Below are positions 37,330 through 48,094 of a stretch of DNA of 64,000 nucleotides, one piece after another. The notes beneath the pieces were generated by a model. That model worked only from the letters and a program-made list of their open reading frames with translations. It ran no database searches and was not told where the DNA came from. The stretch covers positions 5,063 through 69,062 of the forward strand of contig JAYTOY010000047.1 in the NCBI GenBank assembly GCA_043747555.1, written 5' to 3'. Positions within the stretch are counted from its first letter, which is position 1. Each line of letters starts with the position of its first letter. The DNA comes from Pseudobdellovibrionaceae bacterium. GTDB taxonomy: Bacteria > Bdellovibrionota > Bdellovibrionia > Bdellovibrionales > Bdellovibrionaceae. A program made the translations under genes and the position numbers.

Positions 37330-38984
37330 TACAGTGACCAATTTTCAGCCGTTAAAGTTTCATAAAAAACATGTCCTGAAAGCCGATAATTTTTTAATGC
37401 TTTAGGAACCACGCTATTATTAGGCCGGTAGTAAATTGGAATCACAGGAATATCTCGAACATAAGCTTCCATAATTTTTTGAGCCAGGCCAGCGCGTTTT
37501 TTTGGATTTAATTCAATTTCTAATTTATCAATCAGTTGATCGACCTCAACATTTTTATAGCCGGTATAGTTCTGACCGCTCCAGGAATTTTTTTCAGAAG
37601 GAATCATGGTAGAATGTAAAGTTGATCGTGGACTGCTTTCTGGCACCGAAACCCAAGAATACATCGCTAAATCAAATTTTCGATGACTGACGGTTGCACC
37701 AAAGAAAACTCGCGGAGGTTCGTTTTTAACCAAAAGCTCAATGCCGACCGCTTTAAACTTTTCTTGCAAATACACTTCAATCATCTCATTCAGCTTGGCC
37801 CCTGCGGCTGCTAACAAATTAAGGGTTAATGTCTTACCCTCTTTTTCGCGGTACCCTTTAGCACCCATCTTCCAACCTGCTTCTTCAAGCAGGCGAGTCG
37901 CTTCCCGTTTATTGTAACTATAATTTTGAATTTGAGCTGTAAACCATGGATCCTTTTCAGTGACGAAATGATGGGCGGGTTTCCCTCGTCCCTCTAGCAA
38001 AGATTTTATCATCTCATTTTTATTAAATGAAACTGAAAGCGCTTTTCGTACTTTCACATCACTAAGGATGGACGAATCTAAATTTAAATCAATGTGGGCA
38101 TAGACAACTCCATCTTCAAAAACAACTGAGTAAGGAAGATTTTCTAACTTGACCTTTTTATCAAAAATAACAGCCTGGTCTAAGCCAAGCCCAGCGGCCG
38201 AGCTGATCATATCAATAATTCCCGAGCGCAGATTGGCTTCCAGCGTTGCATTATTAGGAACTAGCTTAAAAATAATTTTCTTAAACTCGGGCGCTTTTCC
38301 ATAAAAATGAGGATTTGGCATAAAAATTAAATGGCTTCCTAATTTAACTTCTGAAATCACATAGGGGCCAAAATACAAACCTGGATTGGTGGGATTTTTT
38401 GTGTACAAAGAATTTAAATCATACCCTTCGGCTTTATTACCATACTTTTTAAAAACGGCCTCTTCAAGATGTGCTGGCATAGGATCTGGCATTGTTTGGT
38501 AATAATCAAATTTTGTTTTAGCAAAGTTCAGCGTGCACTTTTTTGGATTGGCCTTATCGGCTTCAATGCTTGTGATGTTCTCATAAGGCTCGCGATTCGG
38601 ATTAGAAACATTTTTACTTTTTCCGAGTTCCCAGGCGAACTGAATATCACGGCACGATAAGGGCGTCCCGTCCCCCCATTTAGCTTGATCAATGATTTCA
38701 ATAACGGCTTCTAATCCAGCTCCTTTTTTCTTAGCTAATTTGTTTTCGAGGGTGGGAATTTGTTTGATCATCAAGGGTTTCCATTGATTATCAGGCGTTA
38801 GAATCACAAGGGGTCGCCAGGCCAAATAGAGCATATATTTTGTGGCAGCCTGTGACGTAATCAATGGATTTAAATTTTCAAATTCAGCACTTAAGCCAAT
38901 GGTGAGTGAATCTTTTGTGAGCGCAACCCCTACTTGAGAAGCACTAAGACCTAGAACGATAAGAATCATTTTGAAAGTTTTCAT
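37329..38984 (-). CDS. Family 5 (peptide/nickel-type) ABC substrate-binding protein, orphan
   Basis: 551 aa with a signal peptide and typical SBP_bac_5 length and pattern. No permease or ATPase genes in the window. Confidence 0.85.
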   Translation of the reverse strand: MKTFKMILIVLGLSASQVGVALTKDSLTIGLSAEFENLNPLITSQAATKYMLYLAWRPLVILTPDNQWKPLMIKQIPTLENKLAKKKGAGLEAVIEIIDQAKWGDGTPLSCRDIQFAWELGKSKNVSNPNREPYENITSIEADKANPKKCTLNFAKTKFDYYQTMPDPMPAHLEEAVFKKYGNKAEGYDLNSLYTKNPTNPGLYFGPYVISEVKLGSHLIFMPNPHFYGKAPEFKKIIFKLVPNNATLEANLRSGIIDMISSAAGLGLDQAVIFDKKVKLENLPYSVVFEDGVVYAHIDLNLDSSILSDVKVRKALSVSFNKNEMIKSLLEGRGKPAHHFVTEKDPWFTAQIQNYSYNKREATRLLEEAGWKMGAKGYREKEGKTLTLNLLAAAGAKLNEMIEVYLQEKFKAVGIELLVKNEPPRVFFGATVSHRKFDLAMYSWVSVPESSPRSTLHSTMIPSEKNSWSGQNYTGYKNVEVDQLIDKLEIELNPKKRAGLAQKIMEAYVRDIPVIPIYYRPNNSVVPKALKNYRLSGHVFYETLTAENWSL

Positions 38985-39117
38985 AGACCACCTTTTAGAC
39001 GTTGGCTTTTAGATCTTATTGATACCTTAGCCCTGTGCACCGGTCAAAGGACTAGAACCAAACTTTGACACGAAAATTTTTGATTCTCAGACTTCAATTT
39101 ACAACTAGTATGAGAGA

Positions 39118-39567
39118 ATGAAAAAATCCAGTGTTTCTACCTTGCATATCTTTGAAATCATGACGCCAGAACCGTTTTCAGTGACTTTATCCGAGTCCAT
39201 TCGTAGCATTATTAAAACATTTATTGCGAAAAAAATCAGTGGAGCCCCTGTTGTTGAAAAAGGCTCTTTAAAAGTTATCAGCGTCGTTAGCGAATCCGAT
39301 TTGATGCGCTTTGCTGCATTGGGTGAACTGGATCAGCCGCTTTCCGATTTCCATGGAAAGCTCGCACCGACCAATCAACTTGTAACAGTTCAAGCTAATG
39401 ATCCTTTTTCCGAAGTTTTTAAGCGCTTCCTAACAAAACCGGTTCGTCGGGTTTTAGTCGTCGACAAAAAGGGGCATTTAGTTGGCATTGTCTCTCGCCG
39501 AGATATGATCGCCGCCTTTTTAAAATCAGAAGAAAAAAAAGAAGCTGCCGAGAAATCTGAGACCTAA
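39118..39567 (+). CDS. CBS-pair domain protein
   Basis: Two CBS motifs (ISGAPVV...VISVVSESDL ; VRRVLVVDKKGHLVGIVSRRDM). Confidence 0.85.
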   Translation: MKKSSVSTLHIFEIMTPEPFSVTLSESIRSIIKTFIAKKISGAPVVEKGSLKVISVVSESDLMRFAALGELDQPLSDFHGKLAPTNQLVTVQANDPFSEVFKRFLTKPVRRVLVVDKKGHLVGIVSRRDMIAAFLKSEEKKEAAEKSET

Positions 39568-40769
39568 TCTAAATACTTAATTCTAACTTGCGCAGCGACT
39601 TTATGCGCTTTTTTTCTAGCTTCCATGGTCGTTTTACCACGAGCTAACGCCACGCCCATTCTGCGAAAGGCCTTTGTTGAAGGTTTTCCAAACCAGCGAA
39701 TATCGCTTTGCTTTACCATTAAAGCTTGATCAATTCCACTCACCGAAAAATTATTGGACTCTTTCTCAGCTAAGATCACGGCCGAAGCCGTCGGACCCCA
39801 ATAAGAAATCGCCGGAATCGGCAATCCCAAAATACTTCTTAGATGCAAATCAAACTCAGATAAATCTTGCGACGCGAGTGTCACCATCCCCGTGTCATGG
39901 GGTCGCGGTGATAATTCTGAAAAATAAATATCTTTTTTTGTGACAAAAAATTCCACACCGAAAAGCCCAGCACCACCTAGGTAATCAGTGACTTTTTTAG
40001 CCATCTTTTGTGCTTTTTTTAATTGAAGCGGCGAGATCTTTGCCGGCAGCCAGGATTCTTGATAATCACCCCGCTCCTGCCGATGACCAATAGGCGCCAC
40101 AAACAAAGTGGGCCCTTTTTTTTGTTTAATCGATAAAAGTGTAATTTCCGAATCAAATGGAATAAATTCTTCAACAATAACTTTCTTTTGGTCGCCCCTC
40201 ATGCCCGATACTGCAAAATTCCAAGATTTTTCGACATCACCTAACTTTCTAACGATGGATTGACCTTTGCCTGAAGATGACATCACTGGTTTAACGACGT
40301 TGGGGAAACCAATTTTTTGGCTTGCAAGCGTGAGCTCTTCTAAAGTTTCGGCATATAAAAAGCGGGCCGTTTTTAATTTTAAAGTTCGTGCTGCAACATC
40401 TCGTATAGCGTCGCGATTCATGGTTAAATAGGCGGCTTTCGCCGTTGGCACGACTTGAATCCCCTGCTCTTCAAACTCTTTCAATTTTTCAGTGCGAATG
40501 GCTTCGATCTCTGGAACGATGATATCAGGCTGATGCTTCCGGACCACTTTTTCAAGCGCCTTTGCATCCAGCATATCAATCACCTCAAAGGCATCAGCGA
40601 CATGCATCGCGGGCGCATCTGGATACCTGTCCACTGCAATCACATATAAACCTAGGCGCTGAGCTGAAATCGCAAACTCTTTGCCTAGCTCACCGGCGCC
40701 TAAAAGCATAATTTTAAGATTTGATTTCTTCATTTCCAAATTTTGCATTGGGAACTGAGAGTCATTCAA
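39564..40769 (-). CDS. purT: Formate-dependent phosphoribosylglycinamide formyltransferase
   Basis: KIMLLGAGELGKE, ATP-grasp core, PurT-like C-terminus. The real start is possibly an internal Met (about 40733). Confidence 0.92.
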   Translation of the reverse strand: MNDSQFPMQNLEMKKSNLKIMLLGAGELGKEFAISAQRLGLYVIAVDRYPDAPAMHVADAFEVIDMLDAKALEKVVRKHQPDIIVPEIEAIRTEKLKEFEEQGIQVVPTAKAAYLTMNRDAIRDVAARTLKLKTARFLYAETLEELTLASQKIGFPNVVKPVMSSSGKGQSIVRKLGDVEKSWNFAVSGMRGDQKKVIVEEFIPFDSEITLLSIKQKKGPTLFVAPIGHRQERGDYQESWLPAKISPLQLKKAQKMAKKVTDYLGGAGLFGVEFFVTKKDIYFSELSPRPHDTGMVTLASQDLSEFDLHLRSILGLPIPAISYWGPTASAVILAEKESNNFSVSGIDQALMVKQSDIRWFGKPSTKAFRRMGVALARGKTTMEARKKAHKVAAQVRIKYLD

Positions 40770-40812
40770 CTGGAATCTTGCAGTTTCGCTTTAAAATCTA
40801 TTTAATTAAAAG

Positions 40813-41178
40813 ATGAAAAAAACCATTGCGCTGATTGCTCATGATGGAAAAAAAACTCTTTTGGTCTTATTTGTAAAAACCCATGCGGACCTGCTTCGCC
40901 AATATGACTTGATTGGAACTGGCAATACAGGCGGGCTAGTTCAAGAATCAGGGCTTGAGATCAAACGACTGCTTTCAGGTCCTCTTGGGGGAGATGCCCA
41001 AATTGCCGCCGAAGTGGCGACAGGCCATTGCCAAGCTGTTATTTTTCTACGAGATCCATTGGGTATGCACCCTCATGATCCCGATATCTCGATGTTACTT
41101 AGAATATGTGACGTGCACAATGTCCCTCTAGCAACGAACCTGGCCACAGCCGAGCTGATCATCCGCGGCCTTAAATAG
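40813..41178 (+). CDS. mgsA: Methylglyoxal synthase
   Basis: 121 aa. IALIAHDGKK, GTGNTGG, SGPLGGDAQI, DPLGMHPHDPD. Confidence 0.93.
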   Translation: MKKTIALIAHDGKKTLLVLFVKTHADLLRQYDLIGTGNTGGLVQESGLEIKRLLSGPLGGDAQIAAEVATGHCQAVIFLRDPLGMHPHDPDISMLLRICDVHNVPLATNLATAELIIRGLK

Positions 41179-41181
41179 AGA

Positions 41182-42102
41182 TTAGTGAACTGAAGCGCCA
41201 TCGAAAAGAAGGTCACCTTTTTTATAGACGATCCGATGATGGAGGCGTTCGAATCTCATGGCATATATCGGCTTCCCAGCAACTTTTAACGCTTCAAAAC
41301 TAATCTCGTTATCAACTAAGAAATATTCCACATCAGCGAATGTCAGGGTGCCGAAAATTTGCGCCTCGTAATAACTTCGATCTATGGCGGTGGTCGGGAA
41401 AAACGGACGATCGAATGTGCCATGGTGTTTTCTCATTTCCGAAGGAGAAACTTCGTATCCTGTATTACCCATAACAATCATATTTGTGTCCGAGGTAGAC
41501 CAGGTTGATCTTTCTTTAATCTGATTTTTCATAACCGCGCCGATGGCACCGTATTGTCTCTCGATAAGATCCGTTTTTGGAGTCAGCTCAATAGGCTCTC
41601 GAATATTCAAAAAGGCAAACTTAGGCCTCAGCTGAGCAGCGCCTGGATGAGTCCCTAAATCTACACCAACTAATGTATTCTCAACCCGACGGCGCAGGCC
41701 TGGCGTAAAATACGCACTGGAAGACTGTGTCTGATGTTGATTGAGAAATCCTTTATCAAGAATTGATTTAATGTGTACGCTACTAAAAAATAGGATGATA
41801 TCTGAGTTATTTTTTAAATCGACCTTCACCTCTGGAATCTTAAGTTTGAATTCATTTTCTTGTTTGTGAATTCTTGAAATCAGCGCTTTGGCGATATCGT
41901 TGATTTCAAAATCTTCGTATAATTGCGAAGTTAATTTTTGGTAATCCCTGAAAGATTCAACCTTTTGAAAAATCTCGGACGAAGAAGAATAAAAAATTTG
42001 CTCGCAGCGAACTTGTGCCATAGCAAAACAAGGACCCAGGGCCAACGAAAGACCTAAAGCGAAGGTGAAGGCCTTTCTAGAATGTAATAATTTGGTAAAC
42101 AT
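41182..42102 (-). CDS. Hypothetical secreted protein (no family recognised)
   Basis: Signal peptide ...GPCFAMA. 306 aa. Long clean ORF flanked by conserved genes. Confidence 0.5.
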   Translation of the reverse strand: MFTKLLHSRKAFTFALGLSLALGPCFAMAQVRCEQIFYSSSSEIFQKVESFRDYQKLTSQLYEDFEINDIAKALISRIHKQENEFKLKIPEVKVDLKNNSDIILFFSSVHIKSILDKGFLNQHQTQSSSAYFTPGLRRRVENTLVGVDLGTHPGAAQLRPKFAFLNIREPIELTPKTDLIERQYGAIGAVMKNQIKERSTWSTSDTNMIVMGNTGYEVSPSEMRKHHGTFDRPFFPTTAIDRSYYEAQIFGTLTFADVEYFLVDNEISFEALKVAGKPIYAMRFERLHHRIVYKKGDLLFDGASVH

Positions 42103-42264
42103 CGAGGACTCCTGATCTGGAAGAGTTACAAAAACCAGGCCAGCTGAAGTGCGAAAGACTCAGCAATTACCATGTCTTATCAATAGGTTAGGAATAGACC
42201 TAGGGATCGAGTTAGGGTCTGTCCATTAAATGGCACTTCCGCTGTCAAAATAGGTTCACACCAG

Positions 42265-44334
42265 CTACAGTGGTGAAAACGAAACACCACTGGCTTCTCT
42301 TAAATTCAATTCCATAATTTGCAAGCGTTTGACTTCGTCCCGGACTTTGGCGGCTTCTTCGAATTCTAGATTTTGAGAGTGCTTTTTCATTTTGGTCTTT
42401 AGCTCTTCGATTTTTTTGGCCAGTTCCGTTGGATTTGCCTTCATCTTTTCGAACAGTCGGCGTTCCGCATCGATATTTTTTCCAGTTAAGACTCCGGTCG
42501 CAACGGATCCATCAAAATGATCGCCCAAACCTTCGCTGATTCGTTTTTTAATTGTCATAGGCGTAATGCCATTGGCCGTATTAAATTCTGATTGAATTTT
42601 TCGACGTCGATCGGTTTCAGAAATCGCTTTCTGCATCGAATCTGTGATTTTGTCAGCATACATGATCACTCGGCCATTAACATTTCGGGCCGCGCGGCCA
42701 ATTGTCTGAATTAACGATCGTTCAGATCTTAAAAAGCCTTCCTTATCTGCATCTGTGATGCCGACTAAACTGACTTCCGGAATATCTAAGCCTTCCCGCA
42801 AAAGATTGATTCCGACCAGAACATCAAAAACTCCTAAGCGTAAATCTCGTAAAATTTCAACACGCTCCATCGTATGAATTTCGCTGTGTAGGTATTTTAC
42901 CTTTAAACCTAAAGATTCATAATATTCACTTAAGTCCTCGGCACTGCGTTTTGTTAACGTGGTAATGAGGACACGTTCTTTTTTACTGATGCGGTCCCGA
43001 CATTCTTTTAATAGGTCATCAACTTGATGTTTGACTGGGCGCACATCAATTTGTGGATCAATCAGTCCTGTGGGACGAATGATCTGTTCAACAATGACAC
43101 CTTCGCTTTTTTGCAATTCATAAGGACCCGGTGTCGCCGAAACATAAATGACTTTATTCATTAGCCCTTCAAACTCTTGAAAATTGAGGGGTCGATTATC
43201 TAAAGCACTAGGAAGTCTAAAGCCATGCTCAACCAAATTCATTTTTCGAGCTCGGTCACCTCGATACATCCCGCCAATCTGAGGGATCGTAATATGGCAC
43301 TCGTCCACAAAAGTAATAAATTCCTTAGGGAAATATTCTATCAGAGTAGGAGGTGGTTCACCTTCTCCTCGCCCCGTCAGATGTCTTGAGTAATTTTCAA
43401 TCCCCGAACAAAATCCCATCTGTTCGATCATTTCAATATCATAATAAGTTCTTTGCTCCAGCCGCTGTGCTTCGAGAAGTTTAATTTGCGAATTAAATTC
43501 AGCCAATCTTAATTGCAATTCGGCTTGAATACTTTTAATCGCGCCTTTTTGATTTTCTTCGCCCGTTGCATAGTGACTGCCGGGATAAATTCCAATTTGA
43601 TCCAGCTCCTCTAGAAGCTCGCTAGTCAAAGGATCAATCCAAGAAATTTTTTCGACAAAATCACCAAAAAACTCAATTCTAATGGCGCGCTGTTCTTCAT
43701 AAGGAGGAAAAACTTCGACAATATCGCCACGCACACGAATAGTTCCACGGTGAAAATCGATATTATTTCTTTGGTATTGAATGCGAATCAACTCGCGCAA
43801 AAAATGATCCCGCTTAAGAGATGAATTGGCGTGCACGTGCACCATCATATTTGCGTAAGCTTCCGGACTTCCTAAACCATAAATACAAGAAACTGAGCTG
43901 ACAATAATCACATCCCGCCGATCAAATAAAGAGCGGGTGGCAGAATGGCGCATCCGATCGATCTGATCATTGATCGCTGAGTCTTTCTCGATAAAAGTAT
44001 CACTGGAAGGAATATAAGCTTCCGGCTGATAGTAATCATAATAACTGACGAAATATTCGACGGCATTTTTTGGAAATAATTCTTTAAACTCAGAGTATAG
44101 CTGCGCTGCTAAAGTTTTATTAGGCGCAAGCACTAACGCTGGTTGATTCATTTCTGCAATAACATGCGCCATGGAAAAAGTCTTACCCGAGCCCGTCACA
44201 CCCAGAAGTGTCTGATGCTGCAGTCCTGCTTTAAAATTTTCTAACATATCTTTGATGGCTTTTGGCTGATCACCGGCCGGTTTAAAATCCGACACCAGTT
44301 CAAAGTTTTTTTTAAAAGTCTTAGCCACAAGCAT
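42265..44334 (-). CDS. uvrB: Excinuclease ABC subunit B
   Basis: GVTGSGKTF, helicase motifs, C-terminal UVR domain ([15 protein letters not shown]). Confidence 0.98.
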   Translation of the reverse strand: MLVAKTFKKNFELVSDFKPAGDQPKAIKDMLENFKAGLQHQTLLGVTGSGKTFSMAHVIAEMNQPALVLAPNKTLAAQLYSEFKELFPKNAVEYFVSYYDYYQPEAYIPSSDTFIEKDSAINDQIDRMRHSATRSLFDRRDVIIVSSVSCIYGLGSPEAYANMMVHVHANSSLKRDHFLRELIRIQYQRNNIDFHRGTIRVRGDIVEVFPPYEEQRAIRIEFFGDFVEKISWIDPLTSELLEELDQIGIYPGSHYATGEENQKGAIKSIQAELQLRLAEFNSQIKLLEAQRLEQRTYYDIEMIEQMGFCSGIENYSRHLTGRGEGEPPPTLIEYFPKEFITFVDECHITIPQIGGMYRGDRARKMNLVEHGFRLPSALDNRPLNFQEFEGLMNKVIYVSATPGPYELQKSEGVIVEQIIRPTGLIDPQIDVRPVKHQVDDLLKECRDRISKKERVLITTLTKRSAEDLSEYYESLGLKVKYLHSEIHTMERVEILRDLRLGVFDVLVGINLLREGLDIPEVSLVGITDADKEGFLRSERSLIQTIGRAARNVNGRVIMYADKITDSMQKAISETDRRRKIQSEFNTANGITPMTIKKRISEGLGDHFDGSVATGVLTGKNIDAERRLFEKMKANPTELAKKIEELKTKMKKHSQNLEFEEAAKVRDEVKRLQIMELNLREASGVSFSPL

Positions 44335-44341
44335 CTCCGGT

Positions 44342-45799
44342 TTATTTAGTGACTTCCCAGAAAGAACCCGTTGATGAATCCATCACAGAAATTCCTAAAC
44401 TCGATAACTGCCCTCGTAGCTCATCAGATTTTTTAAAATCTTTTGCGACCCGGGCAGCCGCGCGCTGGTCGACCAGCTTATCAATATCTTGGCGCTTTAG
44501 GTTCATTTTGACTAATAGCATATCATCAAGCGTCTTTAAAAACTGAGCGGGTGGTTCTTGAAATAGCGCCATTGGCTTTCCTAGTTTTATAGAAAACTCT
44601 AGGAGGGCCTTAGATTTACCTGCAATGATGGGCGTGGTCTTTAGGCCCCGCTTAACCTGCGTGTTGAACTGGCGAACCACTTCAAACATAACTGCAAATG
44701 CTTCAGGCGTATTAAAATCGTCGCTCAGGCAATCTTCGGTCTTTTGCCAAGCTTCTGAAATTATTTTATCAAAAGCCATGTCAGATTTAATTTCCACTCC
44801 GGCTTGCGTATGCTCTTCAGCCATTGCTAACGCAGAATAAACTCGGGCAATCCCCGTGACCGCCCGATCGACGGCCTCATGACTGAAATCACAGATGCTG
44901 CGATAATGACTTGAAAGAATCATCCATTTGTAAATTTCAGCATTATAAGTCTTTAAGAATTCTCGCATGGACATCATGTTGCCCAAAGATTTCGACATCT
45001 TTTGGCCACTAAAATTCAGCATTTGGGTATGAACCCAGTATTTTACTAATGGTTTCTGAAAAGCCCCTTCACTTTGCGCAATTTCATTTTCATGATGTGG
45101 AAAAATAAGATCAGTGCCGCCACCATGAATATCAATCTGAGGACCAAAATGCTTACAAATCATAGCCGAGCATTCAATATGCCAACCAGGTCGCCCATCT
45201 CCCCACGGCGAATGCCAAAAAGGCTCTCCAGGCTTAACACCTTTCCAAAGCGCAAAATCCAGAGGGTTTTGTTTTTTTTCGTTCACTTCAACCCGGGCAC
45301 CGGCCTGAAGGTCGTCGACATTGCGGCCGCTCAGTTTTCCGTACTCGCGAAAACTTTGAATCGAGTACATAACATCTTGTCCCGTGACGTAGGCTTTTTT
45401 CTTATCAACAAGATCTGCAATCAAGTGGACAATTTCAGGCATGGTTTCAGTGACCGTTGGATTTAAATCCTGCGCCCTTAATCCTAGACTTAAAAAATCT
45501 TTTTTATATTCAGAAATAAATTCCTGCGCCAAAACCAAAGGATCTTTATTTTGTTCTTTGGCGCGATTGATAATTTTATCATCGACGTCTGTAAAATTAA
45601 GAGCGTAAGTCACCTGATAACCAAGATGATCAAGCCAATTACGAATCAAGTTATAAACTACGGGTCCGCGAAAATTTCCAACGTGCAATAAGTCATAAAC
45701 GGTCGGACCACAAACATACATTTTAACCGCTGGCGCCTGCAATGGCAGGAACTCCTCTTTTGTTTTGGTCAATGTATTATAGATTTTTAAAGGCCTCAT
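44342..45799 (-). CDS. cysS: Cysteine-tRNA ligase
   Basis: HIGH-type [13 protein letters not shown] (QKMSKSLGN), WHIECS zinc site. Confidence 0.97.
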   Translation of the reverse strand: MRPLKIYNTLTKTKEEFLPLQAPAVKMYVCGPTVYDLLHVGNFRGPVVYNLIRNWLDHLGYQVTYALNFTDVDDKIINRAKEQNKDPLVLAQEFISEYKKDFLSLGLRAQDLNPTVTETMPEIVHLIADLVDKKKAYVTGQDVMYSIQSFREYGKLSGRNVDDLQAGARVEVNEKKQNPLDFALWKGVKPGEPFWHSPWGDGRPGWHIECSAMICKHFGPQIDIHGGGTDLIFPHHENEIAQSEGAFQKPLVKYWVHTQMLNFSGQKMSKSLGNMMSMREFLKTYNAEIYKWMILSSHYRSICDFSHEAVDRAVTGIARVYSALAMAEEHTQAGVEIKSDMAFDKIISEAWQKTEDCLSDDFNTPEAFAVMFEVVRQFNTQVKRGLKTTPIIAGKSKALLEFSIKLGKPMALFQEPPAQFLKTLDDMLLVKMNLKRQDIDKLVDQRAAARVAKDFKKSDELRGQLSSLGISVMDSSTGSFWEVTK

Positions 45800-45801
45800 T
45801 C

Positions 45802-47280
45802 CTAAGCCTTTGCCAATGCTTTTTCAGCCCGCGCAATCAATGAAGACGTTTTCATCAGGGGAATTAAAATTTTAAGCTCGGTGCCATGTGGTTTTCCAAT
45901 CACAGCCACACGAATCGGCATAAATAAATTTTTTCCCTTGGCGCTGGCTTTCATTTTAACTTCATCCTGCATTTTCAAAAACTCAGCTTCCGTCATTCTT
46001 TCGCTGGGAAGAGCCTTTAAAAGTTCGACCCAAGCTTGAAGAACGGCTTTGGTTGGCTCCCATTTTAAGGTCTCATCGCTTTCTGGGAAAATTTCATATT
46101 GCGAATCATCCAAGGGCCGATACAGCTCGACAGCATCGACCAAAGTTTCCATCGAAGTTTTAAAAACTTCGATGGACTGTTCTTGCCAGGCCTGATCCGC
46201 TGGTAATTTAAAGCCCGCCTTGATTAAAAAGGGCTCCGTCAATTTCCAAAGTTCAGAATTTGATTTAGCTCGCAAATGCTGGGCATTCATCCATTTTAAT
46301 TTCACTCGGTCAAAGACAGCGCCCGACGTATGCAGTCGCTCGACCGAAAAAGATTGAATCATTTCATCCATAGATAAAATTTCTTTCCCCTCAGGATGGC
46401 TCCAACCTAATAACAAAATAAAGTTTTTTAGCGCTTCAGGCAGATAACCTTCATCTTTAAATTGCCCGCAAGCTACAGCGCCTTTTCGCTTTGATAATTT
46501 TTGACGATCATCATCTAACACTAAAGAAATATGACCAAAACGCGGTGTTGCCCAATCCATCGCTTCGTAAATCATCAACTGCCTTAAGGTATTTGAGAGA
46601 TGCTCTTCAGCGCGAAAAATATGGGTCATCTTCATCATATAATCATCAACCACACAGCAAAAGTTATAAACTGGCATGCCTTCAGACCTTAAAAGCACGA
46701 AGTCCCCGACCATATCTGACGGAAATTTAACTTCTCCGCGAATCAAATCTTGCAAAAGATAATCTTTTTTTAAATTTTTAGTTTTAAATCGAACGACCGC
46801 TTTTTTTCCGGTCTTTATTTCACCTAAAGATTTTTCTAAGGACCAATCTTCAAAAGGAGACACAACATGCGGAGCCCGTCCCGCCGCCATGGATTTTGCC
46901 CGCTGATCAGCAATTTCTTCATCACTTAAAAAACAGTAGTAGGCTTTGCCTTTTTGTAAAAGCTGTTCTGCGACTTGTTTGTAAATATCTTGCCGCTGAC
47001 TTTGACGGTACGGAGGATACGGGCCCATATCTTTTAATGTTTCAGGGTGGGGTCCTTCATTCCAATTTAAATCAAGCCAGATTAAATCATCCAGCATTCC
47101 TCGTAATGATTCTTCACTGCTGCGGGCTTCATCGGTGTCTTCAACGCGAATGATAAACTGACCTGATTGTTGTCGAGCATAAAGATAATTATAGAGCGCC
47201 GTTCGCGCACCGCCAACGTGCAAAAAGCCCGTCGGTGACGGGGCAAAACGAACGCGGACAGTTTCAGAATTTATCGACAT
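45802..47280 (-). CDS. gltX: Glutamate-tRNA ligase
   Basis: RFAPSPTGFLHVGGARTA and KLSKRKG. Confidence 0.97.
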   Translation of the reverse strand: MSINSETVRVRFAPSPTGFLHVGGARTALYNYLYARQQSGQFIIRVEDTDEARSSEESLRGMLDDLIWLDLNWNEGPHPETLKDMGPYPPYRQSQRQDIYKQVAEQLLQKGKAYYCFLSDEEIADQRAKSMAAGRAPHVVSPFEDWSLEKSLGEIKTGKKAVVRFKTKNLKKDYLLQDLIRGEVKFPSDMVGDFVLLRSEGMPVYNFCCVVDDYMMKMTHIFRAEEHLSNTLRQLMIYEAMDWATPRFGHISLVLDDDRQKLSKRKGAVACGQFKDEGYLPEALKNFILLLGWSHPEGKEILSMDEMIQSFSVERLHTSGAVFDRVKLKWMNAQHLRAKSNSELWKLTEPFLIKAGFKLPADQAWQEQSIEVFKTSMETLVDAVELYRPLDDSQYEIFPESDETLKWEPTKAVLQAWVELLKALPSERMTEAEFLKMQDEVKMKASAKGKNLFMPIRVAVIGKPHGTELKILIPLMKTSSLIARAEKALAKA

Positions 47281-47349
47281 AGCATTCTCCTAGAATAAGC
47301 CTTTTTTGTCCTTCATTTCGTCTTAAAAGGCAATCTTACCCCAGAAATG

Positions 47350-47378
47350 AAAAAGGACCCTTTTCAAGGTCCTTTTTT
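47350..47378 (-). terminator. Rho-independent terminator after carD
   Basis: AAAAAGGACC-cttttcaa-GGTCCTTTTTT. A U-tract follows on the minus strand, 25 nt after the carD stop. Confidence 0.75.
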
Positions 47379-47402
47379 AAACTCTAAAATTTGGTTTTTG
47401 GC

Positions 47403-47897
47403 TTAAGCGTTCACACCAAATATCAGACGAACTTCTTCTTCTGAAAAGAGCTCATCCTTGGTCGTCGCTAACGACAACTCTTTTAAAAGCAAACCTCGAG
47501 CGTTATCGAGCATCTTTCGCTCGCCAAAGCTCAATTCCTTATCGGCTTTTAAGAGGAATAAATCTCTTAAGACTTCAGCGATTTCATAGACTGAGCCTGT
47601 CTTAATTTTTTCCATATATTCGCGGTAACGACGATTCCATGTTTGGTTGTCGATCTTTACTTCTTTAACTTTAAGTATTTCTATAACTTTATTGGCTTCG
47701 TCTTTAGAGATGATAGGACGTAATCCAACCATCGCCACGTTGTCTCGGGGAACCATAATCTTCATGCCCGTTTCAATGATTAGAATCGAGTAGAAGGTCT
47801 GTTTATTCCCTAAAATTTCTTTGGTTTCGATCGATGTGACTTTGCCGACACCATAACCGGGATAGACTGCATTATCCCCAACATTAAAAGTCACCAT
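47403..47897 (-). CDS. carD: CarD/CdnL family RNA-polymerase-binding regulator
   Basis: FNVGDNAVYPGYGVGKV (Tudor-like RID) and a helical C-terminal domain. Confidence 0.9.
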   Translation of the reverse strand: MVTFNVGDNAVYPGYGVGKVTSIETKEILGNKQTFYSILIIETGMKIMVPRDNVAMVGLRPIISKDEANKVIEILKVKEVKIDNQTWNRRYREYMEKIKTGSVYEIAEVLRDLFLLKADKELSFGERKMLDNARGLLLKELSLATTKDELFSEEEVRLIFGVNA

Positions 47898-47936
47898 TAA
47901 GACACCCCCGGCTCAGGTTTGAATCAGAGCAGATAA

Positions 47937-47965
47937 GGTATATCAAATTTGACACAACTTATCAA
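47937..47965 (-). promoter_or_regulatory. Candidate sigma70-type promoter for carD
   Basis: Minus strand reads TTGATA-17 nt-TATACC, about 40 nt upstream of the ATG. Confidence 0.3.
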
Positions 47966-48094
47966 TTTATGGCGGGCAATTTAGTAAAATTTCCTCTGTT
48001 ATATACAACTGTTAGCGTTATAAGAGGTGCCCAAAGAGTATTTTGAGGCTGTTCTTGCTCAGGAATTCAGCATATTGAGGAGTTTATGAAAATT

